Positions 38,211 to 46,916 of a stretch of 64,000 nt of DNA are shown here, piece after piece. This DNA is from Syntrophales bacterium. GTDB taxonomy: Bacteria; Desulfobacterota; Syntrophia; Syntrophales; PHBD01. The notes below the pieces were generated by a model, which searched no databases, had not been told where the DNA came from, and saw only the letters and a program-made list of their open reading frames with translations. The position numbers and the translations under genes are program-made. Position 1 is the stretch's first letter. The number at the start of each line of letters is the position of its first letter. The DNA lies in assembly GCA_963668175.1 (NCBI GenBank), contig OY764159.1:3845652-3909651 (forward strand), written 5' to 3'.

Positions 38211-39383
38211 CTAGGCAAGTGCTTTTTTCAATGCGTCTGCCTTGTCGGTCTTTTCCCAGGGATAATCGTCCAGGAAGAGTGTTCTGCAGATTTTCCTGTA
38301 GATATCTCCCCGCAACATGCCGAAACCTTCGATCATTCCCCGGGGGGTCAAATCGAAAATATCCCTGACGGCGTCGGCGATACGTTCATCGGAAACGGCG
38401 CCCGTGCCGAACGTATTCACATAAATAGAGATCGGCTTCGCCATGCCGATGGCGTAGGCCAATTGTACGGAACATTTCTTGGCGAGACCCGCCGCAACGA
38501 TGTTTTTCGCCACATACCGCACACCGAAGGCCGCCGTGCAATCGACCTTCTCGGGCGACTTGTTGACGACCGAACCGCCACCCAACTGGGCACCGGGATA
38601 ACCGCCGTAAAGCTGGACCACCAACTTCCGTCCTGTAACACCGGAATCGGCCGCGCTGCAGGAGTTGACGGCCTGCCATTCCCCTGTCGGATTGAAGAGA
38701 AATTCCGTATTCTTGTCGATCCATCCGTTCAGGCAATCCAGGGCAATCTGCCGGGCCTGCTGTTCGACACTGTTTTTGAAGCTGTCCGGCACCTGGCGAT
38801 AATCTATGGCATTGGACATCAGGACCGTGGAGACCCTTTTCGGAACACCGTCGACATATTCCACGGTCACCTGCCCTTTACCGTCCGGGGCAAACACCGG
38901 ATTCCCGCAATGCTCAAAGGCCTTCATCATCCGGCTCACAAGGACATAGGGAAGCGGCAGCAGTTCCGGCGTTTCATCGCAGGCGAATCCATACATAATC
39001 CCCTGGTCGCCGGCCCCTATTTCTTTATATTTGCCGAGGTCGGCCCTTGTTCCAATATTGATGTCCGGAGATTGGGGGATGATGGCGTTCAAAACACCGA
39101 TCGAATAACCGTTCAGACCCAAGGCCGTTTCTTTGTAACCCAATGAGACAACGGTGTCCCGTACGCTCTTTTCGATATCGACATAAACCCTCGTGGAAAC
39201 CTCTCCGCCGACTATACAGAGCCCTTTGCCGAGAAAAACCTCAAGCCCGCAATGAGGCATCGTATCGATGGTCATGCCTTTCTTCAGTTCGCGGTCGATG
39301 ATCTCGGCAATAATGTTGGACGCTATGCAATCGGCTACGATATCCGGATGGCCTACTTTGACACCTTCTGACGTAATGCGCAT
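38211..39383 (-). CDS. metK: S-adenosylmethionine synthetase (divergent bacterial-type MetK)
   Basis: 390 aa with [43 protein letters not shown] and [13 protein letters not shown]. The core motifs are present but several canonical positions are substituted. Confidence 0.85.
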   Translation of the reverse strand: MRITSEGVKVGHPDIVADCIASNIIAEIIDRELKKGMTIDTMPHCGLEVFLGKGLCIVGGEVSTRVYVDIEKSVRDTVVSLGYKETALGLNGYSIGVLNAIIPQSPDINIGTRADLGKYKEIGAGDQGIMYGFACDETPELLPLPYVLVSRMMKAFEHCGNPVFAPDGKGQVTVEYVDGVPKRVSTVLMSNAIDYRQVPDSFKNSVEQQARQIALDCLNGWIDKNTEFLFNPTGEWQAVNSCSAADSGVTGRKLVVQLYGGYPGAQLGGGSVVNKSPEKVDCTAAFGVRYVAKNIVAAGLAKKCSVQLAYAIGMAKPISIYVNTFGTGAVSDERIADAVRDIFDLTPRGMIEGFGMLRGDIYRKICRTLFLDDYPWEKTDKADALKKALA

Positions 39384-39418
39384 ATGTTATCTCCTTTTTT
39401 TATTCATTCTCTTTATCA

Positions 39419-39447
39419 TATTTAACCACGATGGGAATTTCCTGCAA
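39419..39447 (-). promoter_or_regulatory. sigma-70-like promoter upstream of metK
   Basis: The minus strand reads TTGCAG (39442-39447), a 17-nt spacer, then TAAATA (39419-39424). This leaves a leader of only about 28 nt before the RBS AAAGGAG. Confidence 0.4.
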
Positions 39448-39455
39448 ATCTATCA

Positions 39456-40139
39456 TTAATCCGCTCCACCAGGACTCAAAGCGGGAAGTACGATGCCGCA
39501 GGACATAACAAGCGTAAAGGCTTCCTCCACGGACATTTCCGAAGGAATCACGTCACTTTCGGGAACGATCAAGAAATACCCGTTGGTGGGCATGGGTGTC
39601 GTCGGTACAAAAACGCATAGATTCCCGCTTCCCGAAGATTTCTGTAACGCCCCCTCGACGTGGCCTGTAACAAAGCCGACTGTATACATCCCTTTTCTTG
39701 GAAACTCAAGAAGTACGACTTTCTTAAAGCTACGTCCCCTGTCGGCAAACATACCGTCCACGACTTGTTTTGTCGCTCTGTAAATACTGCCTACTACAGG
39801 TATTCTGTTCACAAGGTTTTCGCCGGTTGTAACGGCCCTCTTGCCTATATAACTCTTGGTAATGAGACCGCATATCAGGATCAGAATGACCATGACTATC
39901 ACCCCCAGCCCCGGTATGTGAAACCCTAGGAAATTATCAGGATGATAAGCTTTCGGAATTAAAAGAAATAAACCGTCCATCAGGGTAATCAAAAAGAACA
40001 GGATATAGATCGTCACCCCTACGGGAATGGTTACGACCAACCCTGTCAAAAATATCTGTTTGATTTTTTTCTTCAATTCCCAAAAACCCGATTCTCGGGG
40101 AGTCGAGGATTTACTAGCAAAAAGAATTCCAATTATCAA
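39456..40139 (-). CDS. DUF502-family membrane protein
   Basis: 227 aa with two N-terminal TM helices and a conserved soluble C-terminal region (LLEFPRKGMYTVGFVTG ... VPTTPMPTNGYFLIVP). Confidence 0.7.
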   Translation of the reverse strand: MIIGILFASKSSTPRESGFWELKKKIKQIFLTGLVVTIPVGVTIYILFFLITLMDGLFLLIPKAYHPDNFLGFHIPGLGVIVMVILILICGLITKSYIGKRAVTTGENLVNRIPVVGSIYRATKQVVDGMFADRGRSFKKVVLLEFPRKGMYTVGFVTGHVEGALQKSSGSGNLCVFVPTTPMPTNGYFLIVPESDVIPSEMSVEEAFTLVMSCGIVLPALSPGGAD

Positions 40140-40181
40140 CCATAATTATAAATAATTCCGTCCTCTACCCGTCAAGCCTTC

Positions 40182-41012
40182 CTAAAGCACGCGCCGCTTC
40201 AGTTTGTTCTCATGGATGATGGTTGCGGCGATCTCCTCGACGGACATGGTCGTAATATTGATATAAGGTATATCTTCCGAGATAAACAGCGATTCCGCCA
40301 TGGCAATCTCCCGCTGGCATTGAAACAGGGATGCGTAACGCGAGTCCGGGCGCCTCTCCGACCGTATCTTCTGCAGGCGGTCCGGATTGATGGTCAATCC
40401 GAACAGTTTGTTTCTGAAAGGCGCCAGGATTGAGCGAATTTTCTTATCCGTGCTGAAGAAATCCTCTTCGGTCAGGGGGTAGTTGGCGGCATAGATGCCG
40501 AATTGCAGCCCGAGATAGATGCAGGTCGGCGTTTTTCCCGCCCGGGAGACGCCGATCAGGATAACATCGGCATGGTCATAGTTTTTTATCATGATCCCGT
40601 CGTCATGTCCCAGGGCATAATTGACGGCATCGATACGGACATTATAGGTGCTGTCGTTCACCATCCCGTGGAAACGGCCGACGGTATGGGACGACTGCAT
40701 GCTGAGAACATTTTCCAGACGGGTGATAAAGGTATCGATAAAGTCGAACACGACCCCAGAGCTGTTCATGATTTTCTGGCGTATCTCCGGTTCCACGAGC
40801 GTGCTGAAGACGATGGGACTGATCCCGGATTCCACGGCGCTGTTGTTGATCCTGTGAACGGCATTATCAGCCTTGGCTACACTGTCGATGAAGGGAAGGA
40901 TCACTTGATCGAACTGAATATGGTCGAACTGCGTCAGCAGGCTTTGGCCCAAGGTTTGAACTGTAATGGCCGTGCTGTCCGAGATGAAAAATATTGTTCG
41001 CTTAGGATTCAT
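40182..41012 (-). CDS. pyruvate,phosphate/water dikinase regulatory protein (PpsR/PDRP, DUF299 kinase-pyrophosphorylase)
   Basis: 276 aa with the N-terminus IFFISDSTAITVQTLGQSLLTQF and the P-loop GVSRAGKTPTCIYLG. Confidence 0.85.
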   Translation of the reverse strand: MNPKRTIFFISDSTAITVQTLGQSLLTQFDHIQFDQVILPFIDSVAKADNAVHRINNSAVESGISPIVFSTLVEPEIRQKIMNSSGVVFDFIDTFITRLENVLSMQSSHTVGRFHGMVNDSTYNVRIDAVNYALGHDDGIMIKNYDHADVILIGVSRAGKTPTCIYLGLQFGIYAANYPLTEEDFFSTDKKIRSILAPFRNKLFGLTINPDRLQKIRSERRPDSRYASLFQCQREIAMAESLFISEDIPYINITTMSVEEIAATIIHENKLKRRVL

Positions 41013-41247
41013 GAATAATATACCTCTCGTATGGATTTACTATAATCAAATTTAGGAAGCAATTTCTTTTGAGCTTGTCCGCCGAGAAAAAGCCTTTCCG
41101 ATCGATGCGGTCCGCCGTGCCATCGCTTATGTCTTTGGCAAATTTGTGACGTCAGGGTGGCACCATTGCTTCCCGCCTTCCATCTCTGCAGTTCATGTTG
41201 AATAGAGATTGGGTATATGCTAGACAATTGGGTTTTAAGGAATACGC

Positions 41248-44200
41248 ATGCGAAAAATCATCACCAGACAACAGACGGATTTTGACCGGGCCTTCAGCGA
41301 ACTTGTCGGCGCCATCGATGCCGGCGAAACAGGTATCAGGATCGCCGGATTGCAGGGGGCGGCATGGACCTTTCTTATCGCCGTCCTTTTTACACGCATA
41401 CAGAAGACACTGGTCCTGGTCACGGCGAACGAACAGGAAGCCGTCCGTTTCCATAATGACCTGACATTCTTCCTGGACGAACGGGACGTCCTGCTCTATC
41501 CCCCCTGGGATATCCTGTCGGTCGATCTCTTCTCCGTCCGCAGGGAAGTGGAGATTCCCCGCATCGAAGTCCTCTGCCGGATGTTGTCCGGGCACCCTTC
41601 GATCATTGTCGTTCCTTATCTCGCGATGCTGCAAAAAACCATGCCCAGGACCGTTCTGGAGGAATACCGGCAGAACATTTCCATCGGCGACAATCTTGAC
41701 AGAGAGTTGTTGGCCGCAAAAATGATCGCGGGCGGGTATCACCGGACAACCCTTGTGGAAGAGCCGGGAGCATTCAGTATCCGTGGCCACATGGTGGACG
41801 TTTTTCCTCCCACGGAGGCAGAGCCGCTGCGTATCGAGATGTTCGGAGACGAGATAGAATCCATTCGCTATTTCGACCCGGTGTCGCAAAGATCGATCAG
41901 GGAAATTACGGATTTCTTTCTCACGCCCGCCCGAGAGGAGATTATCACAGACGATGACCGGCCCCTCGTAATCGCCAACGTCAAGAAGCGGATCCAGGAG
42001 CTTGACCTTTCCAAAAGCGTCAGGAACAGACTCATCGAGACCATCGACGGCCAATGGACGTCTTCCTTCAACCCCCTTTTCCTTCCCCTGTTCTACGACT
42101 ATGACAACGCGGGCGCTGACGACCGCGAAAGTTCTCATGGGAACCCTGTCGCCCGGACATCCGGCGTATTCCTGGACTTTGTCCCGGAGGACGGCATTGT
42201 CGTCTTTGACGACTTAAGGGAGCTGGAAAGGGGCGGCGACAGGGTCGCAACGGATATCGACCGGTTGCTTGCCAAAGCGGCCTCTGAGGAAAAATTCTAT
42301 CTTCCCAGGGAAAGATCTTTTGCCGACGCGGAGGACGTCTTCGAGGATGCCGGAAAATTCCAGCGGATCGACAGAGGGGGACTCCTTGCCGAAATCGAAG
42401 AGACCGATTTCGCCCATACCATCAGGATCTCTTCGGAACAAGTGGAGGGAATCAAGGGCGTCGCCAGGGAACCGGGAGGTGACGGCGGTCTTTTAGACCC
42501 CTTGATCGATCACATACGAACCTGGGCGTCCAGAGGTTTCCTCATGGCCATCGTCTGTACCGGTCAGGAGGACCTGCAGAGAATGGCCCACCTGCTGGAT
42601 CAATACGACCTCATACCCGCGCGGATGGACCCCCGGCAGTTGACCGATATCGATCATTACGACGTCCGCAGCAGCCTTGTCCTCTCGGAAGGCAGGATTT
42701 CCAACAGTTTCAGCATTCCAGGACTGAAACTTGCCATCATCAACGCCAACGACATCTTCGGCAGGAAAGCAGCCAGACGGCGCCAGCGTTCCGCCAGGGA
42801 GGGATTCTTCCTCAAATCCTTCAGCGAGCTTTCGGAAGGAGACTTTGTCGTCCACACCGAACACGGCATCGGCATCTACAGGGGACTGCAGAAGCTTACC
42901 GTGGGGAACATCGGCAACGATTTTCTCGTCGTGGAATATCTTGACAATGACAAGCTCTACCTGCCCGTGGACCGCCTGGAGCATATCCAGCGATATCTGG
43001 GCCCGGAGGAGCATATACCTAAAATGGACAAGCTGGGAGGCACATCCTGGGAGGCTGTCAAGGAACGGGTCAAAAAGTCCGTCCGCGAAGTGGCCGAAGA
43101 GCTTGTCTCCATTTACGCCGCCCGGGAAATCATGGAACGGGATGCCTTTACGCCGCCCGACAGGCTCTATCAGGAATTTGCCTCCTGCTTCCCCTTCGAG
43201 GAAACTCCCGACCAGATCAGGGCGATCGACGATATTCACCAGGATCTGAGCGATTCGAAACCGATGGACCGGCTGATATGCGGCGATGCGGGATTCGGAA
43301 AAACGGAAGTCGCCATCAGGGCGTCGTTTCGGGCCGTCATGGACGGCAAGCAGGTTGCTGTCCTCGTTCCCACGACCATCCTGGCCGAGCAGCATTATCA
43401 TACGTTCTGCGACCGTCTGAAGGAGTATCCGATTCAGGTCGCCGTGATGAACCGCCTGAAGACCAAAGTTCAGCAGCAGGAAATATTAAAAGGCATCCAG
43501 GATGGAAGCGTCGATATCCTCGTGGGCACGCATCGCATCCTGCAGAAAGACGTCCAATTCAAGAACCTGGGTCTCGTCATCGTCGACGAGGAACAGCGCT
43601 TCGGGGTCGCACACAAGGAAAAACTGAAGAAAATGAGGACCCTTGTCGACGTCCTGACGCTGTCGGCAACCCCGATTCCCAGGACGCTCCACCTCTCGCT
43701 TGTCGGCATCCGCGATCTTTCCATCATCAACACGCCGCCCGAGGATCGCATGCCCATAAAAACATATGTTCTCGAATTTAATGAAGATGTTATAAAAGAG
43801 GCCGTCGAGAAAGAACTGGCGCGGAAGGGACAGGTCTTTTTCGTTCACGATCGAATCCAATCGATCTATGCCATGGCGAGACTGGTATCGAAGCTGGTTC
43901 CCGAAGCCAAAATCGGTATCGTCCACGGCCGCATGAAAAGCAAAGACATCGAAGATACGATGGTAAAATTCGTGAAAAAAGACTATGATGTTTTGGTTTG
44001 CACGACCATTGTCGCCTCAGGCGTCGACATCCCTGCGGCCAATACCATCGTCATCAACCGGGCCGACCGGTTCGGACTTTCACAGTTGTACCAGATAAGA
44101 GGCAGAGTGGGCCGCTCCAGGGAAGAGGCGTATGCATATCTGCTGGTTCCAAAAGGGGCCATGCTTTCGAGAGACGCCCAAAAACGTCTTCAGGTCATCA

Positions 44201-44835
44201 TGGATTTATCCGAACCCGGCTCCGGTTTCCGTATCGCCTCCAACGACCTGGAGATTCGGGGAGCGGGAAATCTCCTCGGGATATCCCAATCGGGGCATGT
44301 TTCCGCCGTGGGATACGAGCTGTACACGGAGTTGATGGAGAAGACCATCAGGGAACTGAAAGGGGAGGCCATACCGGAAGAGGAGACGAAACCCGAGATC
44401 CAACTGGGAATCCCGGCCTTCATCCCCGAAGATTACATGACCGACAAACATACGAGACTGCTAACCTATAAGAAATTGTCCATCGCGGCGGCGGACGAAG
44501 AATTGGATGAAATCAGGGAAGGACTGGTCGACAATTACGGCTATATCCCCGATGAACTCACCAATCTTTTCCAGGTGATCCGGATCAAAAACTGCTTGAA
44601 GAAGATCAAAGGAAAGCGCATGCTTTACGATGGAAGTGTTCTTTCGATCATGTTCGACCGGAACAGCCCGCTGGACCCGTTGCGGCTCGTAAAACTATCC
44701 AAGCGGGAGTTGAAGGGTATGCGGTTTACCCCCGATTTCAAATTGAGCATACCTCTCACAAGCCCTTCCGCGCAAGACCTCGCCGGAAAGATTATGTACA
44801 TTCTTCATGACCTGAAGGAAGACCGCCATGCGTAA
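41248..44835 (+). CDS. mfd: transcription-repair coupling factor Mfd
   Basis: 1195 aa with a UvrB-homology N-terminus, an RNAP-interaction domain (DFVVHTEHGIGIY), SF2 helicase motifs (GDAGFGKTEVA, DEEQRFG) and a TRG/C-terminal domain. Confidence 0.97.
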   Translation: MRKIITRQQTDFDRAFSELVGAIDAGETGIRIAGLQGAAWTFLIAVLFTRIQKTLVLVTANEQEAVRFHNDLTFFLDERDVLLYPPWDILSVDLFSVRREVEIPRIEVLCRMLSGHPSIIVVPYLAMLQKTMPRTVLEEYRQNISIGDNLDRELLAAKMIAGGYHRTTLVEEPGAFSIRGHMVDVFPPTEAEPLRIEMFGDEIESIRYFDPVSQRSIREITDFFLTPAREEIITDDDRPLVIANVKKRIQELDLSKSVRNRLIETIDGQWTSSFNPLFLPLFYDYDNAGADDRESSHGNPVARTSGVFLDFVPEDGIVVFDDLRELERGGDRVATDIDRLLAKAASEEKFYLPRERSFADAEDVFEDAGKFQRIDRGGLLAEIEETDFAHTIRISSEQVEGIKGVAREPGGDGGLLDPLIDHIRTWASRGFLMAIVCTGQEDLQRMAHLLDQYDLIPARMDPRQLTDIDHYDVRSSLVLSEGRISNSFSIPGLKLAIINANDIFGRKAARRRQRSAREGFFLKSFSELSEGDFVVHTEHGIGIYRGLQKLTVGNIGNDFLVVEYLDNDKLYLPVDRLEHIQRYLGPEEHIPKMDKLGGTSWEAVKERVKKSVREVAEELVSIYAAREIMERDAFTPPDRLYQEFASCFPFEETPDQIRAIDDIHQDLSDSKPMDRLICGDAGFGKTEVAIRASFRAVMDGKQVAVLVPTTILAEQHYHTFCDRLKEYPIQVAVMNRLKTKVQQQEILKGIQDGSVDILVGTHRILQKDVQFKNLGLVIVDEEQRFGVAHKEKLKKMRTLVDVLTLSATPIPRTLHLSLVGIRDLSIINTPPEDRMPIKTYVLEFNEDVIKEAVEKELARKGQVFFVHDRIQSIYAMARLVSKLVPEAKIGIVHGRMKSKDIEDTMVKFVKKDYDVLVCTTIVASGVDIPAANTIVINRADRFGLSQLYQIRGRVGRSREEAYAYLLVPKGAMLSRDAQKRLQVIMDLSEPGSGFRIASNDLEIRGAGNLLGISQSGHVSAVGYELYTELMEKTIRELKGEAIPEEETKPEIQLGIPAFIPEDYMTDKHTRLLTYKKLSIAAADEELDEIREGLVDNYGYIPDELTNLFQVIRIKNCLKKIKGKRMLYDGSVLSIMFDRNSPLDPLRLVKLSKRELKGMRFTPDFKLSIPLTSPSAQDLAGKIMYILHDLKEDRHA

Positions 44836-45793
44836 CGGGCTGATATGGATAACATGTGCGCTGATCGCCCTCGTTATCGTATCGGGCTGCCAGAAACAGG
44901 ATGCTGTTTATGTGGCCTCGATCAACGCCGATAAAATCACCCTTACTGAATATCGGGACCGGATTTTCAAACAATTGAATCCCTCCGGCCCAAAGGCTCC
45001 CGTCACGGTTCCCGATGAGGAGAAGCTCAAGGACGAAGTCCTGAACATCATGATTATGGAAAGGCTGATGCTGCAAAGGGCGCGTGAGCTTTCCCTGAGC
45101 GTGAGCGATGCCGAGTTGGAAAAGGTTGTCCAGGAGATCAAGAAAGATTATAGTGAAGAGCGTTTTCAACAGAACTTTTCGCAGGACAAGGCAAGCTTCG
45201 ATCTCTGGAAAGGGGAACTCAGAAACCGCATCCTGATGGAAAAACTGGTCCAGGTCGAGGTCAACTCGAAAATTACGGTCGCAGACACTGAAGCAGCGGC
45301 CTTTTACAAGACCCACATGGGTAATTTCAAATCGGCTCCAAGGGTTCATGTCGCCCAAATCGTCGTGAGGGATCAGGCCAAAGCAGAGGCGATTTTGCAG
45401 AAATTGAATTCGGGGGCTTCTTTCGAAACGATTGCGAAAGAAGAATCGATTGCCCCGGAAGCAGAGAGGGGCGGCGACCTCGGTTTTTTTTCCCGCGGAA
45501 TCCTGCCGGAGGAAATCGATTCCGTCGTCTTTGTCCTGCCCGTGGGAAAGATAAGCCGGATTGTCAAGAGCGTTTATGGATATCATATTTTTAAAGTAAT
45601 CAAAAAGGAACAGGGCGGCCAGAAGTCTTTCGCTGATGTCAAAGAGCAGATCCTGGCCGACCTAAAAAAACAGAAGGAAGAACAGGCTTATGTCCAATGG
45701 CTTCAGGCCCTGCGTTCCAAGGCCACGATCCGAATCCATGCGGACGTCGTGAAAAAGCTGGATATCAAATCCAAATCGGACCGGCAGAAATAG
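44828..45793 (+). CDS. parvulin-type peptidyl-prolyl isomerase lipoprotein (SurA_N-like + PpiC domain)
   Basis: 321 aa with a lipobox (LVIVSGC) and a PpiC domain (VHVAQIVV...GGDLGFFSRG...YGYHIFKV). Its start overlaps the mfd stop by 8 nt. Confidence 0.85.
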   Translation: MRNGLIWITCALIALVIVSGCQKQDAVYVASINADKITLTEYRDRIFKQLNPSGPKAPVTVPDEEKLKDEVLNIMIMERLMLQRARELSLSVSDAELEKVVQEIKKDYSEERFQQNFSQDKASFDLWKGELRNRILMEKLVQVEVNSKITVADTEAAAFYKTHMGNFKSAPRVHVAQIVVRDQAKAEAILQKLNSGASFETIAKEESIAPEAERGGDLGFFSRGILPEEIDSVVFVLPVGKISRIVKSVYGYHIFKVIKKEQGGQKSFADVKEQILADLKKQKEEQAYVQWLQALRSKATIRIHADVVKKLDIKSKSDRQK

Positions 45794-45862
45794 CGGCCCC
45801 CTCGGATGATAGGCCGCGATAAGCCGGGGAAATTGGTTCATCAAGCACACGGGGAGGTTCAA

Positions 45863-46831
45863 TTGAAGAAAATTTTTCTGCTCTTCGCCATGATGGCATG
45901 GCTTGTTTCGGGTTTAGAAGCATCCGGGGCCGTCGTCACCGAGAGGGTTATCGCCGTTGTAAACGGGGATGCCATTACGCTTTACGATTTAGATATGGCC
46001 ATGGAACCCGTATTGAAGAGAATCCATGAATTTTATAAAGGGTCCAATAAGGATAAGGTTATCGCCGATGCACGTCAATCCGTCCTTAACCGCTTGATCG
46101 TCGATCGTCTAATCGACCAGGAAGCCAAGAAGTACGGTACAACCATGAAAGACGACGACGTCATGACGGCGATCCGCGGCATGCTGGCCGGCCAGAATCT
46201 TTCCATGGAGGAATTCCAGGCGAGACTGGCCAAGTCGGGCATGACGCTCGATCAGTACAAGGAAAAGACAAAGGAACAGATGTTAAAATCGAGGATCCTC
46301 AAATTTGAAGTCAACTACAAGGTCAGTGTCTCCGACCAGGAAATAGGGGAATATTACGGCAAGCACCGGGACGAATACGAAGGAAAAGACGCGGTAAGGA
46401 TCAAACAAATACTGCTTCCGTTCCCGAAAGGTGCCGACGGACGCCGCAAAGAAATGCTTTGGACAGAGGCGGAAAAGATACATCGGAGCCTTATGGCCGG
46501 CGAGCCTTTCGATGCCGTAGCCGCCAGATATGCCCAAAATCAGCAAGTAGTGGCCATGGGCGACATGGGCTTTTTGGAGAAGGGAACCATGGTTTCCGAG
46601 GTCGACCAGATAGCCTTCCGCCTGCAAGTGAAAGAGATCAGCCCCGTCATCGAATCGTCCATCGGCTACCATATTATCCAGGTCACGGACAAGCGCGGCG
46701 AAGGGTTGAAATCCATCGAATCGGTCCGCAACGAAATCAAGTTAAAAATCGAAGAAGAAAAGATGGAAAAGAAATTCGATGAATGGGTCGACGGCCTGAA
46801 AAAGAAATCCTTAATCGAGATCAAGTCTTAA
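45863..46831 (+). CDS. SurA-like periplasmic chaperone/peptidyl-prolyl isomerase
   Basis: ORF 45806..46831. The likely TTG start at 45863 lies 5 nt after GGGGAGG and gives a signal peptide (KKIFLLFAMMAWLVSGLEASGA). Has a SurA_N region and a PpiC domain (VRIKQILL...IGYHIIQV). Confidence 0.8.
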   Translation: MKKIFLLFAMMAWLVSGLEASGAVVTERVIAVVNGDAITLYDLDMAMEPVLKRIHEFYKGSNKDKVIADARQSVLNRLIVDRLIDQEAKKYGTTMKDDDVMTAIRGMLAGQNLSMEEFQARLAKSGMTLDQYKEKTKEQMLKSRILKFEVNYKVSVSDQEIGEYYGKHRDEYEGKDAVRIKQILLPFPKGADGRRKEMLWTEAEKIHRSLMAGEPFDAVAARYAQNQQVVAMGDMGFLEKGTMVSEVDQIAFRLQVKEISPVIESSIGYHIIQVTDKRGEGLKSIESVRNEIKLKIEEEKMEKKFDEWVDGLKKKSLIEIKS

Positions 46832-46916
46832 CGGTGCAATGGACCGATACCCGATATATCCGTCGAACATGTCGGTCTCATACGGAATGCCCATAGGACT
46901 TATAACCTAATCCTAT

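Noticed and set aside
36785-39146. Plus-strand ORFs 36785..38368 (527 aa) and 38010..39146 (378 aa)
   Set aside because: They are antisense to the unambiguous ahcY and metK genes, and their translations are low complexity.
39384-39455. SAM riboswitch upstream of metK
   Set aside because: Only 72 nt are available, with a promoter inside. No SAM-I/II/IV-like conserved core is visible.
41152-42138. 328-aa minus-strand ORF at the 5' end of mfd
   Set aside because: It is antisense to mfd, which is continuous and motif-rich over 1195 aa.
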